Shown: one piece after another, positions 20,518 through 29,010 of the stretch
How the letters are laid out: each line of letters opens with the position of its first letter
Position numbering within the stretch: the first letter of the stretch is position 1
Source of the DNA: a virus
Virus record (IMG/VR): IMGVR_UViG_3300045988_177308
Coordinates: 1 to 49,185 of that record
DNA length: 49,185 nucleotides
Reading direction: 5' to 3' (one strand)
The notes under the pieces: generated by a model
What the model was told of the DNA's origin: nothing
What the model saw: only the letters and a program-made list of their open reading frames with translations
Databases searched by the model: none
Position numbers and translations under genes: made by a program

Positions 20518-21066
20518 ATGGCTACAACGGACAGCAACGGGATCGCACACATCGAGGGAACGGATCCCGTCAAGCCCCTGCAGGGCTTATTCAACACGAT
20601 ATCGTCGTCCGTGTCCAACGTCGTCGGCAAACTGCGTAAGCAGGTCATCTACCCGGTGAAGACGCGGTGGGATGCGCAGAACAAGGTGGATGAGCTGAAA
20701 CGCCAGGGCGTGGAGGGCACGGCCGACGAGCCGATCATCTTCAATATTCTGAATGACCGTATCCAGATTCAACACGACGGTTCGAGCTTCTCCTATTTCA
20801 GCGCGCAGATGGCAGTTCTCGCAGCCGGAGTATTCGAAACTGGCTATCAAAGGTGGGAGCAGCATAAGATCAAATCATTCACCGTCCCCTTCCCGGAGGA
20901 GCTTGACCGTATACCACGTTCTCTCCTGTGCCAGGTGACGGACGCCATAACGCACAACATCATTGCGTTTCCGGTGGATAAGAAACAGTTCGGCGTCGCC
21001 GCCGCTTGTAACTGGCCGTGGCCTGTCGACTCGAATGTACACGTCAGCTGGGTGGCCCTCGGTTAA
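20518..21066 (+). CDS. minor tail protein
   Basis: SD taaggagaggaaac; last gene of rightward structural block. Confidence 0.5.
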   Translation: MATTDSNGIAHIEGTDPVKPLQGLFNTISSSVSNVVGKLRKQVIYPVKTRWDAQNKVDELKRQGVEGTADEPIIFNILNDRIQIQHDGSSFSYFSAQMAVLAAGVFETGYQRWEQHKIKSFTVPFPEELDRIPRSLLCQVTDAITHNIIAFPVDKKQFGVAAACNWPWPVDSNVHVSWVALG

Positions 21067-21084
21067 CGCACCGCCAAGGAACAT

Positions 21085-21116
21085 AGAAGAAGCCCCCGCT
21101 CCGGCGGGGGCTTCTT
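21085..21116. terminator. bidirectional hairpin terminator at convergence of late (+) and early (-) gene blocks
   Basis: 14-bp perfect stem gaagaagcccccgc/gcgggggcttcttc with tccg loop. Confidence 0.7.
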
Positions 21117-21117
21117 C

Positions 21118-21408
21118 CTACTCACCGTCCCTATATCGTCTCCACCACCGGTGGATGTCTGTGTTCGGCGTGTACAGCCAACTCGGTCCTATGATGTTGA
21201 ACAGCACGTCGACGAACCTGTGCGAGCCGTTACCCTGGCCGTTCCAGGGGTGGGACGAGAAGGGGTTATCCGCGTCCCACTCGAAGACTGGGCCGATGCC
21301 CGCCTTCCCGAGGCGCACGGCCAGCTCGAAGCAATCTTCGACGTGCAGTGCCTCGTTGTCGTAGCAGTATTTCCTGATCCACCGTGCGGTGTTCCATTTC
21401 TTGATCAT
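21118..21408 (-). CDS. hypothetical protein (96 aa)
   Basis: ATG at 21408 overlaps upstream stop (ATGA) and is preceded by agagaaaggaccaattg. Confidence 0.5.
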   Translation of the reverse strand: MIKKWNTARWIRKYCYDNEALHVEDCFELAVRLGKAGIGPVFEWDADNPFSSHPWNGQGNGSHRFVDVLFNIIGPSWLYTPNTDIHRWWRRYRDGE

Positions 21409-22349
21409 CAATTGGTCCTTTCTCTTGTCAATTGCAGGAGCCCGTGGTAAAAGGCTTCGGAAGCCTGTTGGGGTGTGCACGCGTTTCCGAGGGCCGCCAA
21501 CTGAGCTGTGCGCGACACGTCGTCCGCGTCGGTCACCCACCCTTTCGGGAAGCCCATCATCCACTCGATGAACTCTACGTTGAGAGTCCCCTTAGGCTTC
21601 GCAAGTGGAGGGGCCTCGCGACCGAGTGTTTCCTCCCAACGCTCGATGGCCGCCCCGTAGGAAGCCCTCACTTCGTCTTCGCTCCAATACTTGAGGTCGT
21701 AGAAGGATGGGCGCTTGGAATACCCAAGGCTTTTCCTGCCGTCCATGCGGGACCGATTTGGGGTCGGCAGACAACGTAGCCGTGTGTCAGGCATAACTTT
21801 GACTAGCTGTGCGTTGAAAGGGACAGCCCATTTCTCCGTATGTTCGGCGAAGACGAAGAGCCTGCTTCTTTTGTGTGGCATACCGAGACGACTCGCAGGA
21901 ATGATCACAGAGCTTGTCGAGTAGTCAGCTTCGTTCAACGCGTCCAAGAGCACGTCATATGCGCCCTTCGTGAGAGCCCCTGCGACGTTCTCCCACAAGA
22001 CGTAATCCGGCTTCTTCGCCTTCACGGCTTCGATGAACGCGTAGAGCAGAGAGCTCTTCTCGCCCTCCAGCCCTTTACGGGCTCCGAGGTGTGAGAAGTC
22101 CTGACAAGGCGCCCCCCCGGTAATGCAGTCTACGTCGGGTACCGCGGACCAATCGATTTTCGCCACATCGCCGAGATTGGGCACTCCGTGGAACATAGTT
22201 GAATGATCAAGTATCTTCAGCGCATTCCCGTCAGTCTCTGCTATCCACTCGATATTGTTGTCATACGGGACAATGGATGTCACTGTGTTGAACACACCGA
22301 GCTCCAATCCGCCTATGCCTGTGAAAAGCGATCCTATCTTCATTTCCAT
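21408..22349 (-). CDS. DNA (cytosine-5)-methyltransferase
   Basis: Motif I FTGIGGLELG, motif IV PCQDFS, motif VI ENV; 313 aa. Confidence 0.9.
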   Translation of the reverse strand: MEMKIGSLFTGIGGLELGVFNTVTSIVPYDNNIEWIAETDGNALKILDHSTMFHGVPNLGDVAKIDWSAVPDVDCITGGAPCQDFSHLGARKGLEGEKSSLLYAFIEAVKAKKPDYVLWENVAGALTKGAYDVLLDALNEADYSTSSVIIPASRLGMPHKRSRLFVFAEHTEKWAVPFNAQLVKVMPDTRLRCLPTPNRSRMDGRKSLGYSKRPSFYDLKYWSEDEVRASYGAAIERWEETLGREAPPLAKPKGTLNVEFIEWMMGFPKGWVTDADDVSRTAQLAALGNACTPQQASEAFYHGLLQLTRERTN

Positions 22350-22804
22350 CCTCTCTCGTACGTGGGTTTGTGATGCTCGCGCTCGACCAGATAGGCGATG
22401 GCATGCCGTGCGGCCTCCCGCCTGTCGTGGTGGTGGTCCTCGACCTTCTCGAATAGGAGACCGAGCTTGCGGAGGTTCTCGTCACAGACGAACAACCGCT
22501 GTTGCGGTGTGCGCCACTGGATCTTCTTCCTGAGGAATCGGCCGAAGACGTGGACAGCGCCCTCAACGCGAACCGGGTTGATGTCGGCGCCGGGGATGTT
22601 GCGGTTGACATATTTCTCGCACACCACAACATCCGGCTGTACCATGCGGTCGAACATTCTCTTGTAGAACCAGTCGTAGGTCTCCTCGGTTCCGGGGTTC
22701 CACGAGTTGGAGAGTCTGGCCGGCTTGTCCCTCTCATAGTTGAGGAGGACGATGCCGGTCGTCCCCCCGACCCCGCAGGGATCGATAGCCAACAGCGTCG
22801 TCAT
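22340..22804 (-). CDS. RuvC-like Holliday junction resolvase
   Basis: N-terminal LLAIDPCGVGGTTGIVLL (RuvC/YqgF-type catalytic Asp), C-terminal HHHDRREAARHAIAY. Confidence 0.55.
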   Translation of the reverse strand: MTTLLAIDPCGVGGTTGIVLLNYERDKPARLSNSWNPGTEETYDWFYKRMFDRMVQPDVVVCEKYVNRNIPGADINPVRVEGAVHVFGRFLRKKIQWRTPQQRLFVCDENLRKLGLLFEKVEDHHHDRREAARHAIAYLVEREHHKPTYERGWK

Positions 22805-22819
22805 TTACCGTCCCTGCTC

Positions 22820-23259
22820 TCAGAGTCCGTGGTACTGCTGTGCGTAGCCCCAGTACCCGCCGTCGACGAATGACCGGGAGGCCGGGTGGTAATAGTAATG
22901 CTCCTCGCCTCTTGTATCGCACGGTTCAGCTTCTTCTCCGATTTGCGGAGCTGCCAGTCCAGCAGCGCTATAGCCACCGCCCATGCCAGAAGCATAATAA
23001 CGACCCAGATATTCATAGTATCTCCTTTCCTTCGCTTTGTTGCCCCACAGGTAGTCGACCAACAGACAGGCGAACACACCATAGTGGAACGGCCATGCCC
23101 AGACGGTCCACATGAAGGGCCTGATGCGCGTGTCGTAGTTCTCAATTCCTCGGTCGCCTCTTGTCGCCCAGATTTGGTAGGCGACGAGGTGTGCAATGGC
23201 GCCGATGAAGAGGACGAAGATGATGAGTTGCGTTTCGTTGAGTGTCGTTGTCTGTGTCA
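22820..23259 (-). CDS. membrane protein with Tyr/Gly-rich C-terminal tail
   Basis: ATG at 23259 immediately after hairpin containing aaaggag; three hydrophobic helices. Confidence 0.45.
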
Positions 23260-23314
23260 TGGGGTCGGCTCCTTTCTTTCTCCATGTCTCCATGATATCG
23301 AAAGGAGCCGACCC
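23260..23314 (-). promoter_or_regulatory. 15-bp perfect-stem hairpin between nrdG and downstream gene; 3' arm contains the SD of the downstream gene
   Basis: ggggtcggctccttt ... aaaggagccgacccc; on minus-strand mRNA the arm AAAGGAGCCGACCCC directly precedes AUG. Confidence 0.5.
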
Positions 23315-23345
23315 CGTCAAGCCGTCTGGCTGTGTCGTCCGTCAC

Positions 23346-24059
23346 TTATGCGAGCCTGAGGATATAGCGGTCGAAGCCAGCGGCCTGCACGCATTCAACG
23401 AGCTCCCGTCGGCGTTTCTCCCAGCGCTTCCTGTCCCACGAAGCTGCCACCAGCTGGAATGCCACCGGCGTACCCTCTGTGCGAGCCTCCTGCAAGGCGA
23501 AGGTGCGCACACCGGCCAACCTCAGCTGGGAAACGAGGTCTTCGAAATTGTAGTCGATGAGCGACTCGGGGTAGACGGTTGTGCGAACTTCGTAGTCAAC
23601 TCCGGACTCCAAAACGAGGTCAAGGGTCCTCCAGACTTTGTCTCCTCGCACACCGACGGCTTTCTTGTAGTCCTCGGGTCTGGCTTTTACGTCGAGCCCA
23701 ACCCAGTTGACGACGTGCATCATGCGCTCTAGCCGATCGGGGAACATCCCGGACGTGTGTACGCCGATCTCGAAACCGAGATCTGCGGCGGACTCGGCGC
23801 ACGGGATGACCGCCTCCTGGCGCAGTGCCTCTCCACCTGTGAAGACGACGCCGTCGAGCAGCCCGACGCGCCGCTTGAGAAACCCTTCGACTTCGCTCCA
23901 CGGAATGACGCCCGGTGTGCGATTGTCGAGGATGGCTGAGTTCTGGCAGTACGGGCACCTGAGCGGACAACCCTGGCAGAACACGGTGGCTACGAGCCGG
24001 CCGGGCCAGTCCACTGACGACAGTGGCACCAGCCCGGCCACCTGAAGGTCGTCGCTCAC
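23346..24059 (-). CDS. nrdG: anaerobic ribonucleotide reductase activating protein (radical SAM)
   Basis: CQGCPLRCPYC (CxxxCxxC) cluster motif; GTGA overlap with nrdD stop. Confidence 0.85.
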   Translation of the reverse strand: MSDDLQVAGLVPLSSVDWPGRLVATVFCQGCPLRCPYCQNSAILDNRTPGVIPWSEVEGFLKRRVGLLDGVVFTGGEALRQEAVIPCAESAADLGFEIGVHTSGMFPDRLERMMHVVNWVGLDVKARPEDYKKAVGVRGDKVWRTLDLVLESGVDYEVRTTVYPESLIDYNFEDLVSQLRLAGVRTFALQEARTEGTPVAFQLVAASWDRKRWEKRRRELVECVQAAGFDRYILRLA

Positions 24060-25846
24060 GCCTTCACGCTCTCCTTCTCCGTGAAACACGTCCTCTCGGC
24101 GTACTCACCTTTCTTCCCGATGTTAAACGACTGCACAGGCCTGAAGTACCCCATGACCCTCGTCCACACCTCACAGGCTTCACCGCACGTCTCACACACG
24201 AAATGCTCACCGGCGAGATAGCCGTGGTTGGGGCAAATCGAGAACGTGGGGGTGATGGTGATGTAGGGAAGGTGGAAGTTGGTGAGCGCCCTCTTAACCA
24301 ACTTGGCGCACACGGCACCGGACGAGATCTTCTCGTTCATGTACAGGTGCAGGACGGTGCCGCCCGTGTACATGGATTGAAGATCTGCTTGTTCTTCCAG
24401 AGCTTGGAAGGCGTCCTGTGTGTGCGACACAGGAAGCTGCGAAGAGTTCGTGTAGTAGGGGTTCTTATCGGTTCCCGCTTGGATGATGTTGGAGAAGCGC
24501 TTCCTGTCTTCCTTGGCGAACCTATACGTCGTTCCTTCCGCAGGGGTCGCCTCCAGGTTGTACAGGTTGCCAGTCTTCTCCTGATATTGTACGAGGCGCT
24601 CTCTCATGTGCGCGAGAAGCCTCTTCGCAAAGGCGTGGCCCCACTCGGTGGTGATATCTTCCTTATCGTGTGTGAAATTGCGGATGGCTTCGTTGACGCC
24701 GTTGACGCCGATCGTGGAGAAGTGGTTGCCGAGTCCCCCGAGGTAGCGCTTGCTATAGGGGAAGAGACCCCGCTCCATAAGCTCGGCGATCTTGATCCTC
24801 TTCTTCTCCAGGGTGGACGATGCAAGGTCCATGAGGTGGTCTAGCCTCTCGTAGAGCGCTTCTTCGTCCCCGGCCCACATGTAGCCGAGCCTCGCGGCGT
24901 TCACGGTGACGACGCCTATGGAGCCCGTGAGCTCGGCCGAGCCGAACAAACCGTTGCCCCGCTTCAGGAGCTCGCGCAGGTCGAGCTGGAGGCGGCAGCA
25001 CATCGAGCGGATCATGCCCGGGTCGAGCTCGGAGTTGATGAAGTTCTGGAAGTAGGGCAGGCCGTACTTCGCGGTCATATCGAACAGGGCGCGGGCGTTG
25101 TCCGACTCCCAGTCGAAGTCCTTCGTCATGTTGTAGGTCGGGATCGGGAAGGTGAAGACGCGGCCGTCGGCGTCGCCTTCCATCATGACCTCGATGTAGG
25201 CGCGGTTGATCGTGTCCATCTCGGCCTGGAGGTCCCCGTACGTGAAGTCGCACAGTACACCGCCTATAAGCGGATGGTTGTCCTTGATATCCTCAGGGCA
25301 CGTCCAGTCGAACGTCAGGTTCGTGAAGGGGCATTGGCTGCCCCAACGGCTTGGAACGTTGAGATTGAAAATGAGCTCTTGCATTGACTGCTTGACCTCC
25401 GCATAGTCCAGCCCGTCGAGCCGGATGAACGGCGCCATGTACGTGTCGAAGGACGAGAAGGCCTGGGCCCCCGCCCACTCGTTCTGCAGCGTGCCGAGGA
25501 AGTTGACGATCTGGCCGCAGGCCGACCTGAAGTGACGCGGCGGATCGGAGGCGATGGCCCCCGCGATGCCGTTGAATCCCTCTTCGAGCAGGCGGCGCAG
25601 CGACCAGCCCGCACAATAGCCCGCGAGCATGTCGAGGTCGTGGATATGGTAGTCGCCGTTTCTGTGTGCGGCTCCTTCTTCTTCGCTGTACACCTTCGAC
25701 AGCCAATAGTTCGCGATCGTCTTGCCGGCGGCGTTGAGAATGAGGCCGCCGACGGAGTAGCCCTGGTTCGCGTTCGCGTTGACGCGCCAATCCGCCTGCT
25801 CCACGTACTCCTCCACTGTGGAGATGGGGTCGATGTTAACAGTCAA
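24056..25846 (-). CDS. nrdD: anaerobic ribonucleoside-triphosphate reductase (class III)
   Basis: 596 aa; glycyl-radical motif RVMGY near C-terminus, C-terminal CxxC...CxxC zinc ribbon. Confidence 0.95.
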   Translation of the reverse strand: MTVNIDPISTVEEYVEQADWRVNANANQGYSVGGLILNAAGKTIANYWLSKVYSEEEGAAHRNGDYHIHDLDMLAGYCAGWSLRRLLEEGFNGIAGAIASDPPRHFRSACGQIVNFLGTLQNEWAGAQAFSSFDTYMAPFIRLDGLDYAEVKQSMQELIFNLNVPSRWGSQCPFTNLTFDWTCPEDIKDNHPLIGGVLCDFTYGDLQAEMDTINRAYIEVMMEGDADGRVFTFPIPTYNMTKDFDWESDNARALFDMTAKYGLPYFQNFINSELDPGMIRSMCCRLQLDLRELLKRGNGLFGSAELTGSIGVVTVNAARLGYMWAGDEEALYERLDHLMDLASSTLEKKRIKIAELMERGLFPYSKRYLGGLGNHFSTIGVNGVNEAIRNFTHDKEDITTEWGHAFAKRLLAHMRERLVQYQEKTGNLYNLEATPAEGTTYRFAKEDRKRFSNIIQAGTDKNPYYTNSSQLPVSHTQDAFQALEEQADLQSMYTGGTVLHLYMNEKISSGAVCAKLVKRALTNFHLPYITITPTFSICPNHGYLAGEHFVCETCGEACEVWTRVMGYFRPVQSFNIGKKGEYAERTCFTEKESVKA

Positions 25847-25876
25847 AATATCGTCCTTTCTACGATGGGTCTTCGA

Positions 25877-26686
25877 TTATACAGCCACGGGGGCCTTGAT
25901 GGCGGGATGGTGTTTGTACCCGGCCGATGCGTATATATCACTCATTTGATAGTCGAATATCGATGGCGCCTTCTTGAGGCTGAGCTCGGGAAACGGGTAG
26001 GGGTTGCGGGTGATTTGTTCTCGCACAGCCACTACGTGGTTCTTGTATATGTGGCAGTCTCCTCCAGTCCAGATGAACTCGCCCACGTCGTAGCCTGTTT
26101 GCTGTGCGATCATGTGCGTCAACAAGGAATACGACGCGATATTGAAAGGCACACCCAAGAACAAGTCCGCACTACGTTGATACAGCTGACACGATAGCCT
26201 GCCGCCTGCTACATAGAACTGGAATAGAACATGGCACGGTGCAAGAGCCATGGCGTCCAAGTCGCCGACGTTCCATGCCGACACGATATGCCGGCGGGAG
26301 TCCGGATCGGCCTTCAAGCTCTCAACGACCTCGTAGATTTGGTCGATGCCCTTTCCATCCGGTGCAGGCCAGGAGCGCCACTGGTGTCCGTACACGGGCC
26401 CGAGGTTGCCATCTGCGTCGGCCCACTCATCCCAGATAGTGATACCATGGTCTTTCAACCACTTGATATTCGTGTCGCCTGATAGAAACCACAGAAGTTC
26501 GCCCTTCACCGCTTTCATCGGAACGAACTTCGTCGTTATACGAGGGAAGCCGTTACTCAGGTCGTATCGAATCTGCCGCCCGAAGACGGACAGCGTCCCC
26601 ACCCCTGTGCGATCCTTCTTCTCCACCCCGTGCTTCAGAACGTCTGCGAGAAGAACCTCATACTGTCTGTCAATTGTATTCATCAA
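25877..26686 (-). CDS. thyA: thymidylate synthase
   Basis: Canonical ThyA motifs ([28 protein letters not shown]). Confidence 0.95.
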   Translation of the reverse strand: MMNTIDRQYEVLLADVLKHGVEKKDRTGVGTLSVFGRQIRYDLSNGFPRITTKFVPMKAVKGELLWFLSGDTNIKWLKDHGITIWDEWADADGNLGPVYGHQWRSWPAPDGKGIDQIYEVVESLKADPDSRRHIVSAWNVGDLDAMALAPCHVLFQFYVAGGRLSCQLYQRSADLFLGVPFNIASYSLLTHMIAQQTGYDVGEFIWTGGDCHIYKNHVVAVREQITRNPYPFPELSLKKAPSIFDYQMSDIYASAGYKHHPAIKAPVAV

Positions 26687-26907
26687 ACGAACTTCCTAAC
26701 CATGTCAGGGCGGAACCCGCTCCAATGCGTTTCCCCGATTACAACGACCGGAGCCTGCTTATAGCCGAGTCCAAGCACAAAGGACAGTGCGTCGTGGTCT
26801 TCGGTGATGTCAACCTCATCGAACGGTATGCCTTTCTTCGTCAGGTCCTTCTTCGTCATCTTGCACTGGACGCAGCCAGGCTTCGTGTACAGCGTTGCTT
26901 TCGTCAT
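26683..26907 (-). CDS. nrdH: glutaredoxin-like NrdH redoxin
   Basis: 74 aa with CVQC active site. Confidence 0.8.
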   Translation of the reverse strand: MTKATLYTKPGCVQCKMTKKDLTKKGIPFDEVDITEDHDALSFVLGLGYKQAPVVVIGETHWSGFRPDMVRKFV

Positions 26908-26922
26908 ACGTTTCTCCTTTCG

Positions 26923-29010
26923 TCAGTGGGAGGCGTGCTCCCAGTCGTCTGCCGGCTGCCCGTGTGCGGCTGTGAACTCCACCCCGTTCCACGTCGTGGA
27001 CATAAGCTCGGCGATTTTCGGCACCGCCCATTCTAGCTCGGATTCGGGGACGGAGAAAATCAGCTCGTCGTGGATTTGTGCGCGAAGCCAGTGAATGAGG
27101 CGAATGTCACATTTCAGCATCCGGATGAGCGCGTCGGTCATGATCTCCCGCGTCCCGGACTGCCCCATGAGAGCCGAGGACTGCGTGTAGGACCGCTCGA
27201 CGTTGACGCTCATGCGCCTGCCCCACGCGTTGTAGATCCAGCCGTTCTCCCCCTGATCCGCACAGTCCTGACGCCATTCGACGACCCGTGGATAGGCTTT
27301 CGCCATCTGTTTGACGAAGTGTTCCGCTATGTCTAACGGTTGTCCAGAAGCCTTGGCGATCGTCTTCGCCCCGCCTCCATAGTTCCAGGCGTGCGAGAGC
27401 GCCTTGGCTTTCTGGCGGTACGGGTTGTGCTTTCGCGCCTCAGGATCGGTCTCCCAGCCTTCAGGCATGTGCGCCTCGTACTCTTCGTCGCCCCAGACGG
27501 CTCGACCCGTGATCTCGTGCGGGTCGGCGCCGGGCAGGAAATTCTTCAGGTATGCGGGGTCCTGTGCGTAGCCGGCGACGATCCTCGCATCCGCATTCGA
27601 GTAGTCGAACGACACCAGCTTGCAGCCGGGGTCCGGGATGAAATAGGACTTCTCCACAGCGTTGTCTCCGCGAGCCGTCCACACGGTCAGGCCGGGCTTT
27701 GTCGTCGACGAGCGTCCGGAGCGCTGAAGATCGTCGACCTCGGGATGCACACGGCCGTCAGGCTGCAGACAATCGATTGTGAGCTGCGCAAGAGAGCGCT
27801 GGCCCAGTAGCTCGCCCAGAACCTTTCCGAAGGCCTCAGCGTGGCTTCCGTGGCCTCTGAGGAGGTCCTGTACGACGCTGCCGGATAGCTGCAGAGCGCC
27901 CGTCGGTGTGCGAGGCCACTCGGGGTGCGTGAACTCGTCCACACCGAACGCAGCCAGGGCGTCGAGGACACACTGCTTGCCTTTAGTAGTCCGCCACGGC
28001 TGCTTCGAATCGAGCGGCATGCCCACCGACTGGTGAAGGTAATCGAGCAGTTTCTCCTTCCTGTCCGCCAACTCGTAGAGCCTGTCATAAGCCTTGTCGG
28101 CGTCGATGAGGAAGCCGTTCCTCGACATCTGCGCATTGATGGCGGCCTTCAACTGTTCGCGCCAATCATACTCGTCGACCTCATGACGAAGCAGAAGCTC
28201 CTTGAAAATACCCCTGAGCACCACTACGTCCTGTTCGGAATACTCGCGGAACGTCGAATCGTCAAGCGGAATCAGTCCGAAGTCGAGATCTGCGACCTTC
28301 GTCCCCGGGGAGTTGAACTGCTTGGCGAGGTCTTTCAAGTCCATGACCTTGCCTTCCAATCCCAGGTGGTATGCGAGGTTGTCGAGCGATAGCCATCTGC
28401 GCACATTCGAAGGACTGAGGTCGGTGACGACGCGACGCCCAGCCCTATCCAGGTAGACGGACGGAGCGGGATAGGCGATGTTCGCCAGCACCATGGTGTC
28501 GATGACCTTGCGATCCATAGTCATCTTTAGCGGTTCGTCGCTGTCCTTGCCGAACAGCACGGACAAGTCGAAGTTGTGGCCATTGTGGATCACTACGCCG
28601 TCGGCTTGCCGAATAGCGTCTATGACTTCGTCGTAGTCCTCCGTCAAGACGACGGGGCCCTCGCCCCACGCATACTGCCCGAGTCGGAAGAACTCGCGCG
28701 GTGACATGGACCAGCGCTTCTCGACCCCGTGGGACTCGATGTCGAGGAATAGGATCTTCGACCATTCCCCGCCGAACGGCGACGACCACGCGCCGTTGTC
28801 CAGTAGATAGCGTCGCACAACACCGGCGAACCACTGGGCTGCCGTGTCGATGCCGCAGTCAACCCACGGTTCGAGGTCGAAGACAGCAGCGCCTTCCTCG
28901 GTGTCTGACCACTCATAGTTGAGGGGTCCGAGCTCCGGGTGGGCAGCCACCGCCACCTCCTTGAACATCTCGATGTCGCCGGATGCCAGGTAGAATCGCA
29001 CAGTCCTCAC
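26923..29010 (-). CDS. DNA polymerase I (family A) with 3'-5' exonuclease domain
   Basis: Exo motif FLDIESHG; motif B RQKAKALSHAWNYGGG; motif C HDELIF; start placed at GTG overlapping upstream stop (GTGA). Confidence 0.9.
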   Translation of the reverse strand: MRTVRFYLASGDIEMFKEVAVAAHPELGPLNYEWSDTEEGAAVFDLEPWVDCGIDTAAQWFAGVVRRYLLDNGAWSSPFGGEWSKILFLDIESHGVEKRWSMSPREFFRLGQYAWGEGPVVLTEDYDEVIDAIRQADGVVIHNGHNFDLSVLFGKDSDEPLKMTMDRKVIDTMVLANIAYPAPSVYLDRAGRRVVTDLSPSNVRRWLSLDNLAYHLGLEGKVMDLKDLAKQFNSPGTKVADLDFGLIPLDDSTFREYSEQDVVVLRGIFKELLLRHEVDEYDWREQLKAAINAQMSRNGFLIDADKAYDRLYELADRKEKLLDYLHQSVGMPLDSKQPWRTTKGKQCVLDALAAFGVDEFTHPEWPRTPTGALQLSGSVVQDLLRGHGSHAEAFGKVLGELLGQRSLAQLTIDCLQPDGRVHPEVDDLQRSGRSSTTKPGLTVWTARGDNAVEKSYFIPDPGCKLVSFDYSNADARIVAGYAQDPAYLKNFLPGADPHEITGRAVWGDEEYEAHMPEGWETDPEARKHNPYRQKAKALSHAWNYGGGAKTIAKASGQPLDIAEHFVKQMAKAYPRVVEWRQDCADQGENGWIYNAWGRRMSVNVERSYTQSSALMGQSGTREIMTDALIRMLKCDIRLIHWLRAQIHDELIFSVPESELEWAVPKIAELMSTTWNGVEFTAAHGQPADDWEHASH

